A DNA stretch of 64,000 bases, from contig CALKEP010000002.1 in NCBI GenBank assembly GCA_938084645.1, positions 76,375 to 140,374 on the forward strand. The letters run 5' to 3'. The position numbers and the translations under genes were made by a program. The DNA comes from an uncultured Phycisphaerales bacterium. Lineage in GTDB: Bacteria; Planctomycetota; Phycisphaerae; Phycisphaerales; SM1A02. The notes beneath the pieces are model-generated. The model was not told where the DNA came from. It saw only the letters and a program-made list of their open reading frames with translations, and did not search any database. Below are positions 1 to 10,088 of this stretch, in pieces (the stretch's first letter is position 1; the number at the start of each line of letters is the position of its first letter).

Positions 1-38
1 GCTCCGGATCACTGTTGGATCTGGTCCGACTCAAGAGG

Positions 39-2606
39 TCACAATCCGATGAGGCTCGAGATGGTCGGCCCCACCTTGACGATGAGGGCTGCGAACACCA
101 CCGACACCACGCTGACCAGCTTGATCAGGATGTTGAGGGCGGGACCGGAGGTGTCCTTGAAGGGATCGCCGACGGTGTCGCCGACCACGCCGGCCTTGTG
201 GGCGTCGGAGCCCTTGCCGCCGAACTTCCCGGTCTCGATGTACTTCTTGGCGTTGTCCCAGGCACCACCGGCGTTCGCCATGAAGATCGCGACCGCGAAA
301 CCACAGACGAGCGTACCGGCGAGGAGGCCCATCACCCCGGCGACGCCGAGGATGAGTCCGACCACGATCGGAACCGCGACCGCCATCAGGGAGGGAACCA
401 CCATCTCCTTCTGCGCGCCCGCGGTCGAGATGTCGACGCAGGACGCGTAGTCGGGATACTCCTTGCCGTCGACGTCGACCCGGTAGGGCCACTTCAGGGG
501 ATCCGCGATGTCCTCGTCGGACATGCCGTCCTTCTTGAACGCCGCCTTCATGATCTTGAACTGGCGTCGACACTCGTCGATCATCGCGAAGGCCGCCCGG
601 CCCACCGCGTTCATGGTCATCGCACAGAAGACGAACACCAGCATCACGCCGAGGAAGAGACCGGCGAGCACCTTCGGATTCATCAGGGTGACGTTGTAGT
701 ACTGGAGCAACTGCGGGATGGTCGCCGTCTTGGTCGAGACGATCTCGAAGAAGTAGGACGTCTCGCCGTCCTGCATCTCGAAGAGGGAACCGTCGCCGAG
801 GGGCTTGGCGTCGGTGACCTTCCAGCCGCCGGAAGCGAAGCCATCGAGGATGACCGACCGATCGCGAGCGGCGAGCAGGAGCCCGCCGACCGGGGCCGGC
901 ATGTCACCGCCGGGGTTCCCGTCCATCGCGAAGACGCCGTGGCCCTCGTACACGAAGGTCTCGGCCTGGACCTGCTCCGGCGTCGCGGAGACGACGCCGA
1001 GATTGGTCTTCACGGTGATCACGTAGGCCGCGAGCAGGGCGAGGGCGGTGAGCGCCGCCGAGCCGATCGCGAAGCCCTTGCCGGTCGCCGCGGTGGTGTT
1101 GCCGAGCGAGTCGAGCATGTCGGTCCGCTCACGGACGTAGGGCTCCTGGTGGGTCATCTCGGCGTTTCCGCCGGCGTTGTCCGCGATCGGCCCGTAGGCG
1201 TCGGTCGCGAGCGTGATGCCCAGCGTCGAGAGCATGCCGACCGCGGCGATGCCGACGCCGAACACACCCATCAGGAAGGTGTCACCACCGCCTGCGGCGA
1301 CGAAGGAGACGAGGATCGCGACCACCACGGTGATCAGCGGAATCCAGGTCGACTTCATGCCTTCGGCGATGCCGGAGATGATCACGGTCGCAGGTCCCAT
1401 CTGGGCCTGCTCGGCGATCCGCTGCGTCGGTGCGTGCTCGTAGGAGGTGTACTGCTCGGTGCCCCAGGCGATCACGAGGCCGGACAGCAGGCCGACCACG
1501 ATCGCGATCCAGAGCCGCCACCAGATCACGCCGGCGTCCGCCATCTCGGGACTTCCGAGGGCGAACCAGAGCAGACCGGCGGAGCCGAGCACGATCAGTC
1601 CGGAACTCGCCCAGACACCACCATGGAGACTCTTCAGGAGCTGGGCGAGCGAGGCGCCTTCCTTCGTGCGAACCACGAAGATCGAGAGGATCGACGCGAG
1701 AATGCCCAGACCGGCGAGGGCCGGCGGGACGGTCACGAGCCGAAGGCCGTCGACATCGCCGAGGGAGAGCTGGACGGCGGCCGCGGCGGCGAGGGCCATG
1801 GCCGCGAGCACCGAGCCGTAGTAGGACTCGTAGAGGTCGGCACCCATGCCGGCGACGTCGCCGACGTTGTCGCCGACGTTGTCCGCGATGGTCGCGGGGT
1901 TGCGGGCGTCGTCCTCGGGAATGCCCGCTTCGACCTTGCCGACGAGGTCGGCACCGACGTCCGCGGCCTTGGTGTAGATGCCGCCACCGACGCGGGCGAA
2001 CAGGGCCTGCAACGAGGCACCCATCGCGAAGCTCAGGGTGACGGTGGTGATGTCGACGAGGCCGCCGGCGAAGGAATCGCCCAGGACGACGTAGAAGATG
2101 AAGAACCAGAGGGAGATGTCGAGCAGGGCGAAGCCCGTCACGCAGAGACCCATGACCGCACCGGCACGGAAGGCGACGGTGAGGCCCTGGTTGAGCGATT
2201 CCTTCGCGGCCGCGGTGGTCCGGGCCGAGGCGTTGGTCGCCGTCTTCATCCCGAAGAAGCCGCAGAGACCGGAGAGAAGGCCGGCGACGGCGACGCCACC
2301 GACGGTCCAGAAGTCCTGAAGGCCGCCGGCGGCCATGAGGCCGAGCAGCACGAGCAGGGCGACGAACACGCCCGTCACGATCCGGTTCTGTCGTCCCAGA
2401 TACGCACCGGCACCGTCTCGGACCGCCTTCGCGATCCGCACCATCTCCGCGTCACCTTCCGTGTGGCCCATGACGGACTTGTAGAAGAGGAGTGCGGCGA
2501 TCAGGGCGCAGATCGCGCCGATCGGAGCAAGGAACCACGCCGGCGCCTCGGCGATGCCGGGCATTTCAGCGAGGAAGAGGGCTTGGGACTGAAGCATCGT
2601 GTTCAT
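39..2606 (-). CDS. hppA: Membrane-integral, K+-dependent cation-translocating pyrophosphatase (probably Na+-pumping)
   Basis: Motifs GGGIYTKAADVGADLVGKVEAGIPEDDARN, DNVGDNVGDVAGMGADLYES, DAYGPIADNAGG, GNTTAATGKGF, GGAWDNAKK and GDTVGDPFKD; many TM helices. Start placed at ATG 2606 (MNTMLQ), uncertain. Confidence 0.97.
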   Translation of the reverse strand: MNTMLQSQALFLAEMPGIAEAPAWFLAPIGAICALIAALLFYKSVMGHTEGDAEMVRIAKAVRDGAGAYLGRQNRIVTGVFVALLVLLGLMAAGGLQDFWTVGGVAVAGLLSGLCGFFGMKTATNASARTTAAAKESLNQGLTVAFRAGAVMGLCVTGFALLDISLWFFIFYVVLGDSFAGGLVDITTVTLSFAMGASLQALFARVGGGIYTKAADVGADLVGKVEAGIPEDDARNPATIADNVGDNVGDVAGMGADLYESYYGSVLAAMALAAAAAVQLSLGDVDGLRLVTVPPALAGLGILASILSIFVVRTKEGASLAQLLKSLHGGVWASSGLIVLGSAGLLWFALGSPEMADAGVIWWRLWIAIVVGLLSGLVIAWGTEQYTSYEHAPTQRIAEQAQMGPATVIISGIAEGMKSTWIPLITVVVAILVSFVAAGGGDTFLMGVFGVGIAAVGMLSTLGITLATDAYGPIADNAGGNAEMTHQEPYVRERTDMLDSLGNTTAATGKGFAIGSAALTALALLAAYVITVKTNLGVVSATPEQVQAETFVYEGHGVFAMDGNPGGDMPAPVGGLLLAARDRSVILDGFASGGWKVTDAKPLGDGSLFEMQDGETSYFFEIVSTKTATIPQLLQYYNVTLMNPKVLAGLFLGVMLVFVFCAMTMNAVGRAAFAMIDECRRQFKIMKAAFKKDGMSDEDIADPLKWPYRVDVDGKEYPDYASCVDISTAGAQKEMVVPSLMAVAVPIVVGLILGVAGVMGLLAGTLVCGFAVAIFMANAGGAWDNAKKYIETGKFGGKGSDAHKAGVVGDTVGDPFKDTSGPALNILIKLVSVVSVVFAALIVKVGPTISSLIGL

Positions 2607-2808
2607 CTGGTGGGTGGTCCTTGCGTGGATACCGGCCGATCGGGCCGGACGTGAACCTGATTGATCTCGAATGGGACGGGAACGGTTTCCCGCCCTCGAC
2701 CACGACGGCGCCACCACGCGCGACCCTCAGGGCCGACCCGGTGACTTGGGGGGTACATCGGCGGATCGACGGACCGATCGCCAATCCCGGAGTGTTCATT
2801 CTGATGAA

Positions 2809-3006
2809 TCAGCGCGGCGGCATGCCGACGCGGGCGACCCGAGCGACCCGCTTCCGGGCCTCTCGGCGGTTCCGCTCGGAGGGCTTCTCGAAGTACTGAC
2901 GCTTCTTCACGTCCTTCGTCAGTCCTTCCTTCTCGCAGAGCTTCTTGAATCGACGGAGCATCTGCTCCGCACTCTCGCCACCACGGGCCTTGATTCGAAT
3001 CGCCAT
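2809..3006 (-). CDS. rpsU: 30S ribosomal protein S21
   Basis: MAIRIKARGGESAEQMLRRFKKLCEKEGLTKDVKKRQYFEKPSE matches the bS21 pattern; 65 aa. Confidence 0.95.
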   Translation of the reverse strand: MAIRIKARGGESAEQMLRRFKKLCEKEGLTKDVKKRQYFEKPSERNRREARKRVARVARVGMPPR

Positions 3007-3328
3007 GACCGTCGCTGCTCCAGACCGCGAAAAGCGGTATTTCTCGGGGAAGCAAAGCATTACAACCAATCCCCGGCCTCCCCGCAAGGGGCAACCCGCC
3101 CGGATGCAGGATTGCGTTCGACTTTCGAGGCCGAGTTCCGACCACCCGCTTGCCGGATTCCCGCTGGAACGGCCCACCTCCTCCCCTAATCGCATGTTCT
3201 GCCGGGCTTTAGAGCGCATCTCGGCCGACCCACGATCCGGCCCGGCCCCTGGCGAAAGCCGCGTCATGAGCCGGGATCGCCTCATCCCGATAGGCTGGAC
3301 CCCACCGATCCCGCCCCCAAGGAACACC

Positions 3329-4093
3329 GTGCCGCTTCTGGTTGATGCGTACAACGTCCTTCATGTCGTCGGCGTCCTTCCGCCCGATCTCGCGGGCATC
3401 GACCTCGAAGAACTGGCCATTCTGATCACGAACAGCCGTTTTCGAGGGGAAGAGGCGGTCCTGGTCTGCGACGGCGTGAGCAAGCCGCACCAGGTCGACG
3501 AAACCGGCCGGGTTCATGTTCGATTCGCCGGCCCCGGCGTCACGGCCGATGATCTGATTCTTCGCCTCGTCCGCGGATCCTCGGCCCCCCGACGGCTCAC
3601 CGTCGTGACGAGCGACCGGGAGATCGTGGTGAACGCCCGCCGTCGTCGAGCCACGGTGATCTCGTCCGAGGCGTTTCTGGAGTTCCTCGCATCGGACCGG
3701 CAGCGTCCCGCCTCGGGTGGGGGCACGCCGACTTCGACCCCCGCGAGCCAGGCGGCGGACCGAAGGCAGGTCGAACACTGGCTCCGGGTCTTCGGCGTCG
3801 ACGAGGAACTGCTCGATCTCGGATCGGGCGCGATCGATGCCGACGCGACCGCCGACCTCCCTGCCCCGAAGAGCCCTGCCCCGCCCAGCGCCAAGCCGGA
3901 CCCACCCGACCCGCCGATGCCGCGCCCGGGCGACCATCCCGACTCGCGACCGATCATGAACGCGGAGCATCTCGACGAGATCCGGACCGAAGACGTCCGG
4001 TCCCTCGACATGAATCGCCTGCTCGGCGACGCCGACGAGCCGACGCCGCCCGCGCCGCCGCTGCCCGACGAGACCGATTCGAATCGAGGATGA
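3329..4093 (+). CDS. NYN-domain (YacP/Rae1-like) PIN-fold nuclease with Pro/Asp-rich tail
   Basis: LLVDAYNVLH, VLVCDG, TADDLI and VVTSDREI acidic motifs; GTG start after AAGGA SD. Confidence 0.85.
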   Translation: MPLLVDAYNVLHVVGVLPPDLAGIDLEELAILITNSRFRGEEAVLVCDGVSKPHQVDETGRVHVRFAGPGVTADDLILRLVRGSSAPRRLTVVTSDREIVVNARRRRATVISSEAFLEFLASDRQRPASGGGTPTSTPASQAADRRQVEHWLRVFGVDEELLDLGSGAIDADATADLPAPKSPAPPSAKPDPPDPPMPRPGDHPDSRPIMNAEHLDEIRTEDVRSLDMNRLLGDADEPTPPAPPLPDETDSNRG

Positions 4094-4124
4094 TGCCGCC
4101 TCCCCGCCTCGCCCGGAGTCTCCG

Positions 4125-4730
4125 ATGAAACTCGATTTCGACGCACCCCCCGCCGATCCGTTCGACGTCTTCACCGCCTGGTTCGATCACGCGGTCGAAC
4201 ACGCCGGCACGCCGAATCCCAACGCGATGACGGTGGCGACCGCGACGCTCGACGCCCGCCCCACCGCGAGAATCGTCCTGCTCAAGCAGTACGACCACCG
4301 CGGCTTCGTCTTCTTCACGAATCGGGAGAGTCGCAAGGGCCTCGAACTCGCCGCCAACCCGCGAGCGGCGCTGCTCCTCCACTGGGACAACCTCGACCGG
4401 CAGGTCCGGATCGAGGGTCCGATCGAGCAGACGACCGAGGCGGAGAGCGACGCGTACTTCGCCAGTCGCCCGATCGAAAGCCGACTGAACGCCATCGCGA
4501 GCGATCAGTCCCGGCCGATCGCGAGTCGTGACGCGCTCGAGGCCAGGAGGGCTTCCACCGATGCCGTGTACGCGGACGGATCAGACCCGGTCAGGCCGCC
4601 GCACTGGGGCGGCTACCGCGTCCGACCGGACCGCTTCGAATTCTGGCAGGGCCACCCCTTCCGCTTGCACGATCGCGTGACGTACGTGGTGGACGGTGAG
4701 GCGTGGAACACCATGAGGCTCATGCCCTGA
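4125..4730 (+). CDS. pdxH: Pyridoxamine 5'-phosphate oxidase
   Basis: RIVLLK, FFTNRESRKG, RQVRIEG, YFASRP, RPPHWGGY, EFWQG and RLHDR motifs. Confidence 0.96.
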   Translation: MKLDFDAPPADPFDVFTAWFDHAVEHAGTPNPNAMTVATATLDARPTARIVLLKQYDHRGFVFFTNRESRKGLELAANPRAALLLHWDNLDRQVRIEGPIEQTTEAESDAYFASRPIESRLNAIASDQSRPIASRDALEARRASTDAVYADGSDPVRPPHWGGYRVRPDRFEFWQGHPFRLHDRVTYVVDGEAWNTMRLMP

Positions 4731-4782
4731 TCGCGAACCGACGCACGCCGGACCGCCGAGTCTCGAATCCCCGCGCGGATGC

Positions 4783-7700
4783 TCAGTCGTCGGTCGAACC
4801 GGTCTTCGCATACCGACGACGACGATTCTCGCGCCGGGGTGGGATGAACCCGCCCCGGACCTTCACGCCATCGGCGCCCGCTTCGCGCAGCCGCGCGACG
4901 AGATCGTCGTCCGGCACGACCCGAACCCCCGGGGCCGCGAGCACCACGTGCCGCCCGCCGTCGAGCCTGAGATGGAGGACCGTCTCCACCGGACGGCCCG
5001 ACAACGCGTGGACGCTTCCCGCGGCCTGCTTCAACTGCCCGGAGACGAACTGCATCCGATGCCGCGTGGCGGCCTCGTCGTTTCCGTCGCGGGTCGCGTC
5101 GATGAGGATCTCGATCCGGGTCGAGAGCAGATTCGGAACGCGGTTGAGCGGAATGACCTGCTCCACGACGATCTGAGGTTCGCCGCGGCCGGTCTCGACC
5201 TGCCCGACGAGGATCACCGTGGCGTCGACCTGGATCTGGTCCGCGTACTTGGTGAACGCCTCGCTGAAGACGACCCCTTCGACGGTACCGTGCTTGTCCG
5301 ACATCGTGAGCATCGCCATCTTCGAACCGTTGCGGGTCACCACCGGTCGAACCCGGTTGATCACGCCCGCGAAGACCACCGGCGTCTCGTTTCCAAGACT
5401 GCCGACGTCGCGACTTCCCGCGGTGCAGAACTCCTCGATGAGATCCTGGATGCCGTCGAGCGGATGGCCGGACACGTGGAAGCCCAGCGTCTCCTTCTCC
5501 TCGGCGAGCCGGGTCATCTGATCCCATGGCTTGACCTCGGGGAGCGGCATCCGTGGTGCGCGATCATCGGCCTCCGCCTCCTCGTCACCGCCGCCGAAGA
5601 GCATGTTCTGCCCCGCGGACCGATCCGCCGCGAGCGTCTTGCCCGCCTTGAACGCATCGGGCACCGCGACGACCATCGCCGCCCGGGCCTCCGCACCGTG
5701 AATGGAGTCGAACGCGCCGGCTCGAACGAGTGATTCAACCGCCTTCTGGTTGATCCGCGCGTGATCGATTCGTTCGCAGAAGTCGTGCAACGACTCGAAG
5801 ACCCCGTGCTCCCCGCGGGTCGCGACGATCGAGGCGATCCCGTCCTTCGCGATCCCCTTGATCGCCTGCAATCCGAAGCGGACGTGCCCGGCGCAGTTCC
5901 CCGGCGTCTCGCCCTCGTCGAAGACGACCTTGAAGTCCTCGCCGGAGACGTTGACGTCCGGCGGGCGGACGGTCACGCCCACGTGGGGTCGCTCGGGCGT
6001 GGTGTCCGGAAACGGCACCCGCATGCATTCCTCGAGGTACACCGACCATTCCTCGACCTTCTTCGCCTGGCTTTCGAAGGTGAGCACCGCGGCCATGTAC
6101 TGGTTCGGGAAGTAGGTCTTCAAGTACGCGGTCTGGTAGGCCACGATCGCATAGCCGGTCGAGTGGCTCTTGTTGAAACCGTACCCCGCGAACTTCAGGA
6201 TCAGATCGAACAGCTCGTCCGCCTGCTTGTTGCCGACCCCGTGCTTCTCTGCCCCGGCGACGAAGTCGGACCGGGCGGAATCGATCACGCTCATCTTCTT
6301 CTTGGAGATCGCCTTGATCACCGTGTACGCGGTTCGAAGCGGGATCCCGCCGAGCCCGTGAAGCACCTGCATCACCTGCTCCTGATACACCATGATCCCG
6401 TAGGTCTCCTCGGTGTACCGGTCGACGATCTCGTGCACCGATGGAACCGCCTGCGTCCCGTGCTTGCGGGCGTTGTAGTCGGGGATCAGCTCCATGGGGC
6501 CGGGACGGAAGAGCGCATTCGCCGCGATCAGGTCCTCGAGCCGGTCGGGCTTCATCTCGACCAGGAGCTTCCGCATCCCACCGGATTCGAACTGGAAGAT
6601 GCCGCTCGTCTCGCCGCGACGGAAGAGGTCCAGCACCCGCTGGTCGTCCAGCGGCACCCGCTCCATGTCGAGCGGATGGATCGCGGTCCGCGCCGCGGCG
6701 GTGCCGGGGGCGGGCATCTCGCGACCGACCGCCTGCCAGATCGCGGCCTCCGGCACGGACTCCAGCACGAGCTGCCTCGCCCGCTCGATCGTCGAAAGCG
6801 TTCGGAGTCCGAGGAAGTCCATCTTGAGGAGGCCGATCCGCTCGCAGGTCGGGCCGTCCCACTGCGTGACCACGTCGTCGCTTCCCGTCGCCTTGCAGAG
6901 CGGCACGATCTCGTCGAGGGGACGCGTCGCCATGATCACCCCGGCCGCATGGACTCCGGAGTGACGCGCGTGGTTCTCGAGGGCCCGCGCCGCGTCGACC
7001 GCCCGCTGGACGCGGGGGTCGGAATCGCAGGCCTCGCGGAACTCGGGCTCCTTCTGAAGCGCGTCGTCGATCGTGATGTTCAGTTCGGCCGGCACCATGT
7101 TGGCGAGCCGTTGTCCGTCGGCGGGCGCGAATCCCATGACCCGCGCGACGTCCTTGATCGCCGCCTTGGCCTTCAACCGCCCGAAGGTCACGATCTGCGC
7201 GACGTGGCCGTACTTCTCGCGGACGTACTCGATGGCGTCGGCGCGCCCGTTCTGGCAGATGTCGATGTCGATGTCGGGGTACTCGGCCCGGTCCGGATCC
7301 GTGAATCGCTCGAAGAGCAGTCCGTAGTGGACGGGGCAGGCGTTCGAAAGCCCCAGCACGTAGCCGACCATCGTCCCCACGCCCGATCCACGGGCGTTCG
7401 ACGGGATGCCCCGTTGCCGCGCCCAGTTGACGAAGTCCCACACGATCAGGAAGTACGCGGAGATCAACTTGTCCGCGAGCACCTTGAGTTCACGTTCGAG
7501 CCGGGCTCGGATCTCGTCGGTCACGCCGTCCACGCCGTATCGCCAGATCAGGCCGGCTTCGCAGAGATCCCGCAGGGCGCGATCGCAGCCGTCCTTGAGG
7601 GCCTCCGCCTCCGCGGCGTCGGACCCCTGTGAATCGAACGGTCGAAGCTCGAACCGGGCGCAGTACCGCTTGAACCACTCGGTGAGATCGCCGCCGTCGT

Positions 7701-8706
7701 ATTCCGGCGGCTCGCCGGGGTGCACCACCGCGACGACCGGGGCGTGGTTCTCGCCTTCGGGGAGTTCGACGTTGCACCGATCGGCGATCCGGACCGTGTT
7801 GCGAATGGCCTCCAATTCGTCGGGCTCGGGGAAGAGCGCCGCCATCTCGGCCGCGTCCTTCACGTAGAGCTGCTCCGGATAGCGAAGTCGATCGGGATCG
7901 TCCTTGGTCTTCCCCATGCTGATGCAGCAGAGGGTGTCGTGGTCGTCGTGATCCTCCGCGCGGAGGAAGTGCGCGTCGTTGTCGACGACGAGCGGGAGAT
8001 CGAGTTCGCCGGCGAGCTTCTTCAGAAGCGGGTTGATCCGCTCCTGCTCGGGGACGTGACGTTGGAGTTCGACGTAGAAGCGTGGCTCGCCGTCCGGGCC
8101 GGGAGCGAACGTGTCCGCGTGCCATCGGGCTTCGGCGACCGCGAGATCCCAGTGCCCCTGGTCGTTGGTCCGGACGAAGTTCGTGAGATGGAACGCGAGC
8201 GAGGACCCGAGGTGGCCGTTGATCGCGACCAGTCCCTCGTTCCACTGCTCGAGGGTGCTCTTGTCCATCCGCGGCTTGTAGTAGAAGCCGTTGCGAAAGG
8301 CGTCGGAACTCAACTTCACGAGGTTCCGCCAGCCGCCGAGATCGAGCGAGAGCAGGACGAGGTGGAACCCACCGTCGGCGACACCGGTCCGAGTGCGGTC
8401 CCGACGATCGCCGGGCTTGCCCTCCCGATCCGGAGCGACGTAGGCCTCGATCCCGAGAATCGGTTTGATCCCCGCCGCCCGGGCGGCGGCATGGAACTCG
8501 AACGCCGCGTGGAGGTTGCCGTGATCGGTGACCGCGACCGCGGTCATGCCGAGCGTCTTCACGCGCTCGACGAGCTTCTTGACCCGGTTGCCGCCGTCGA
8601 GCAGGGAGTACTCGCTGTGGAGATGGAGGTGGACGAAACCGTCGGGGGCGATCGACGCCGCGTCGGCGGCGGATTTCGTCTGTTTTCCTGCACGAGACTT
8701 GGCCAT
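4783..8706 (-). CDS. dnaE: DNA polymerase III alpha subunit
   Basis: PHP domain (FVHLHLHSEYSLLDG, TDHG), RGSG, FERF, PDIDIDI, LKMDFLGL, GYGFNKSHS and C-terminal OB fold. Start chosen after GGAGAG SD. Confidence 0.97.
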   Translation of the reverse strand: MAKSRAGKQTKSAADAASIAPDGFVHLHLHSEYSLLDGGNRVKKLVERVKTLGMTAVAVTDHGNLHAAFEFHAAARAAGIKPILGIEAYVAPDREGKPGDRRDRTRTGVADGGFHLVLLSLDLGGWRNLVKLSSDAFRNGFYYKPRMDKSTLEQWNEGLVAINGHLGSSLAFHLTNFVRTNDQGHWDLAVAEARWHADTFAPGPDGEPRFYVELQRHVPEQERINPLLKKLAGELDLPLVVDNDAHFLRAEDHDDHDTLCCISMGKTKDDPDRLRYPEQLYVKDAAEMAALFPEPDELEAIRNTVRIADRCNVELPEGENHAPVVAVVHPGEPPEYDGGDLTEWFKRYCARFELRPFDSQGSDAAEAEALKDGCDRALRDLCEAGLIWRYGVDGVTDEIRARLERELKVLADKLISAYFLIVWDFVNWARQRGIPSNARGSGVGTMVGYVLGLSNACPVHYGLLFERFTDPDRAEYPDIDIDICQNGRADAIEYVREKYGHVAQIVTFGRLKAKAAIKDVARVMGFAPADGQRLANMVPAELNITIDDALQKEPEFREACDSDPRVQRAVDAARALENHARHSGVHAAGVIMATRPLDEIVPLCKATGSDDVVTQWDGPTCERIGLLKMDFLGLRTLSTIERARQLVLESVPEAAIWQAVGREMPAPGTAAARTAIHPLDMERVPLDDQRVLDLFRRGETSGIFQFESGGMRKLLVEMKPDRLEDLIAANALFRPGPMELIPDYNARKHGTQAVPSVHEIVDRYTEETYGIMVYQEQVMQVLHGLGGIPLRTAYTVIKAISKKKMSVIDSARSDFVAGAEKHGVGNKQADELFDLILKFAGYGFNKSHSTGYAIVAYQTAYLKTYFPNQYMAAVLTFESQAKKVEEWSVYLEECMRVPFPDTTPERPHVGVTVRPPDVNVSGEDFKVVFDEGETPGNCAGHVRFGLQAIKGIAKDGIASIVATRGEHGVFESLHDFCERIDHARINQKAVESLVRAGAFDSIHGAEARAAMVVAVPDAFKAGKTLAADRSAGQNMLFGGGDEEAEADDRAPRMPLPEVKPWDQMTRLAEEKETLGFHVSGHPLDGIQDLIEEFCTAGSRDVGSLGNETPVVFAGVINRVRPVVTRNGSKMAMLTMSDKHGTVEGVVFSEAFTKYADQIQVDATVILVGQVETGRGEPQIVVEQVIPLNRVPNLLSTRIEILIDATRDGNDEAATRHRMQFVSGQLKQAAGSVHALSGRPVETVLHLRLDGGRHVVLAAPGVRVVPDDDLVARLREAGADGVKVRGGFIPPRRENRRRRYAKTGSTDD

Positions 8707-8858
8707 CAGCTCTCCATCCGTGGGCGACGCGTTCATGGTAGACGCTCCGTGCGGGGTCGACCCGGGGCGTTCGACGATCGAACGGGGATCCACGGGATCG
8801 ACTGGGATCCCGCCCGAGTGGACGACCTCCCCGACGCCCGGCGTCGTACCATGTCCGC

Positions 8859-9188
8859 ATGAGCGAGCAGACCCCGTTCAATCGAACGCCCTTCGTCCGG
8901 GTGATCGGCATCGGCCAGCAGATGGGCGACGGTTTCCGCCGCATCGATCGCGGAGGTCCGTTCAGCCGGCTGCTCGCCGGAATCGCCGCCGTGGTCCTCG
9001 CGGTTCCGATCCTGGTGATCGGCGTCATCCTGCTGTTCACGCTCTTCGCCTTCGCGATCGCGGCCGCCCTGGTCAGCCTCGTCCTGGGTCGACGACCCGG
9101 CATGCGATCCGCGGGGGTCCGGCCCGCCGGCGGCCCGGAATCGGCCGGCCGCGAGAACGTCCGCGTCATCCCGCGCACACCCGAGTGA
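8859..9188 (+). CDS. Small hypothetical membrane protein (about 2 TM)
   Basis: Long hydrophobic stretch; fills the gap between neighbours; TACCAT -10 box 6 nt before ATG. Confidence 0.7.
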   Translation: MSEQTPFNRTPFVRVIGIGQQMGDGFRRIDRGGPFSRLLAGIAAVVLAVPILVIGVILLFTLFAFAIAAALVSLVLGRRPGMRSAGVRPAGGPESAGRENVRVIPRTPE

Positions 9189-9218
9189 CGGCACCGCCGG
9201 AGACCGACCGGCCATGTC

Positions 9219-10088
9219 CTACTCCGCGAGCCACCACTCGCGCATCGCCCGGGCCACCGGTCCGGGCTCCCCTTCGCCGATCGTCTCCCGCTCCACCCCC
9301 ACCACCGGCATCACGCCCCAACTCGAATTGGTGAGCAGGATCTCGTCCGCGGCCAGGACCGCGTCGATGTCCATCATCTTCCGGTGGACGGCGCGGCCCT
9401 CGCCGGCGGCCCGACCGAGGACCTCCTCACGCACGACCCCGGGCAGGACCGGCGACGGAAGGCCACCCTCCGGTTCCTCGCCTCGCGCGATGGGCGTCGA
9501 GAGTTCGTCATCCTTCACCAGGATCACGTTGCTCACGCAGCCACCCGCGAGGTGGTTCGAGACCGTGAACCACAGCGCCTCACTCGCGTTCTTCGCGGCC
9601 GCGGCCTGAAGTTCAGAGAGTCGCGACCAGTACGAAAGCGTCTTGTGCGACGCGAACGGATCGAGCGGGTTCGCCCGGGCGTCCGCCACCGTCGCCCGGA
9701 TGCCCTTGTCGAAGAGTTCGTCGGGATACGCGGTCGCGGGCTGGACGACGATCATGATCGTCGGCTCGTGCCCGTCGCCACCGCCGTGAAGCAGGTTCAG
9801 GTCACCGCCGGTGATGGTCACCCGCACCCTCGAAACCTCGAGCGCGGCCGTGTCCACCGTGGACTGGATCGCCTCCGCGAGCGGTCCGGATCGAAGTTGT
9901 TCGCTGAGCCGAAGAGCACGCAGCGAATTCTCGAGCCGGTCGAGATGCTGGTGGAGATGCAGCACTCGCGACCCGCGGGCGGTCATCGTCTCGAACAACC
10001 CGACCCCGTGCTGGAAACCGGCATCGAACGCGGAGACCCGCGCTTCGTCGACCGTCTCGATGCTTCCGTTCAACCAGACCGTCGTCAT
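9219..10088 (-). CDS. PLP-dependent aminotransferase class IV (IlvE/PabC-like)
   Basis: DAGFQHGVGLFETM, HLDRL, HKTLSY (PLP Lys), LPGVVR and ADEILLTNS. Confidence 0.9.
   Translation of the reverse strand: MTTVWLNGSIETVDEARVSAFDAGFQHGVGLFETMTARGSRVLHLHQHLDRLENSLRALRLSEQLRSGPLAEAIQSTVDTAALEVSRVRVTITGGDLNLLHGGGDGHEPTIMIVVQPATAYPDELFDKGIRATVADARANPLDPFASHKTLSYWSRLSELQAAAAKNASEALWFTVSNHLAGGCVSNVILVKDDELSTPIARGEEPEGGLPSPVLPGVVREEVLGRAAGEGRAVHRKMMDIDAVLAADEILLTNSSWGVMPVVGVERETIGEGEPGPVARAMREWWLAE

Noticed and set aside
15..2654. Long antisense or alternate-frame ORFs (e.g. 15-2654 +, 10888-14190 -, 54564-57284 -, 52010-54463 -)
   Set aside because: Shadow ORFs of high-GC genes; they overlap confidently identified proteins and have no recognisable motifs.
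2607..2808. Possible Na+-sensing riboswitch upstream of hppA
   Set aside because: Only isolated hairpins; I could not match a consensus by eye. An Rfam scan would be needed.
4783..8706. Possible intein in dnaE
   Set aside because: Insertions are short and lack C/S...HN splice motifs or LAGLIDADG blocks.
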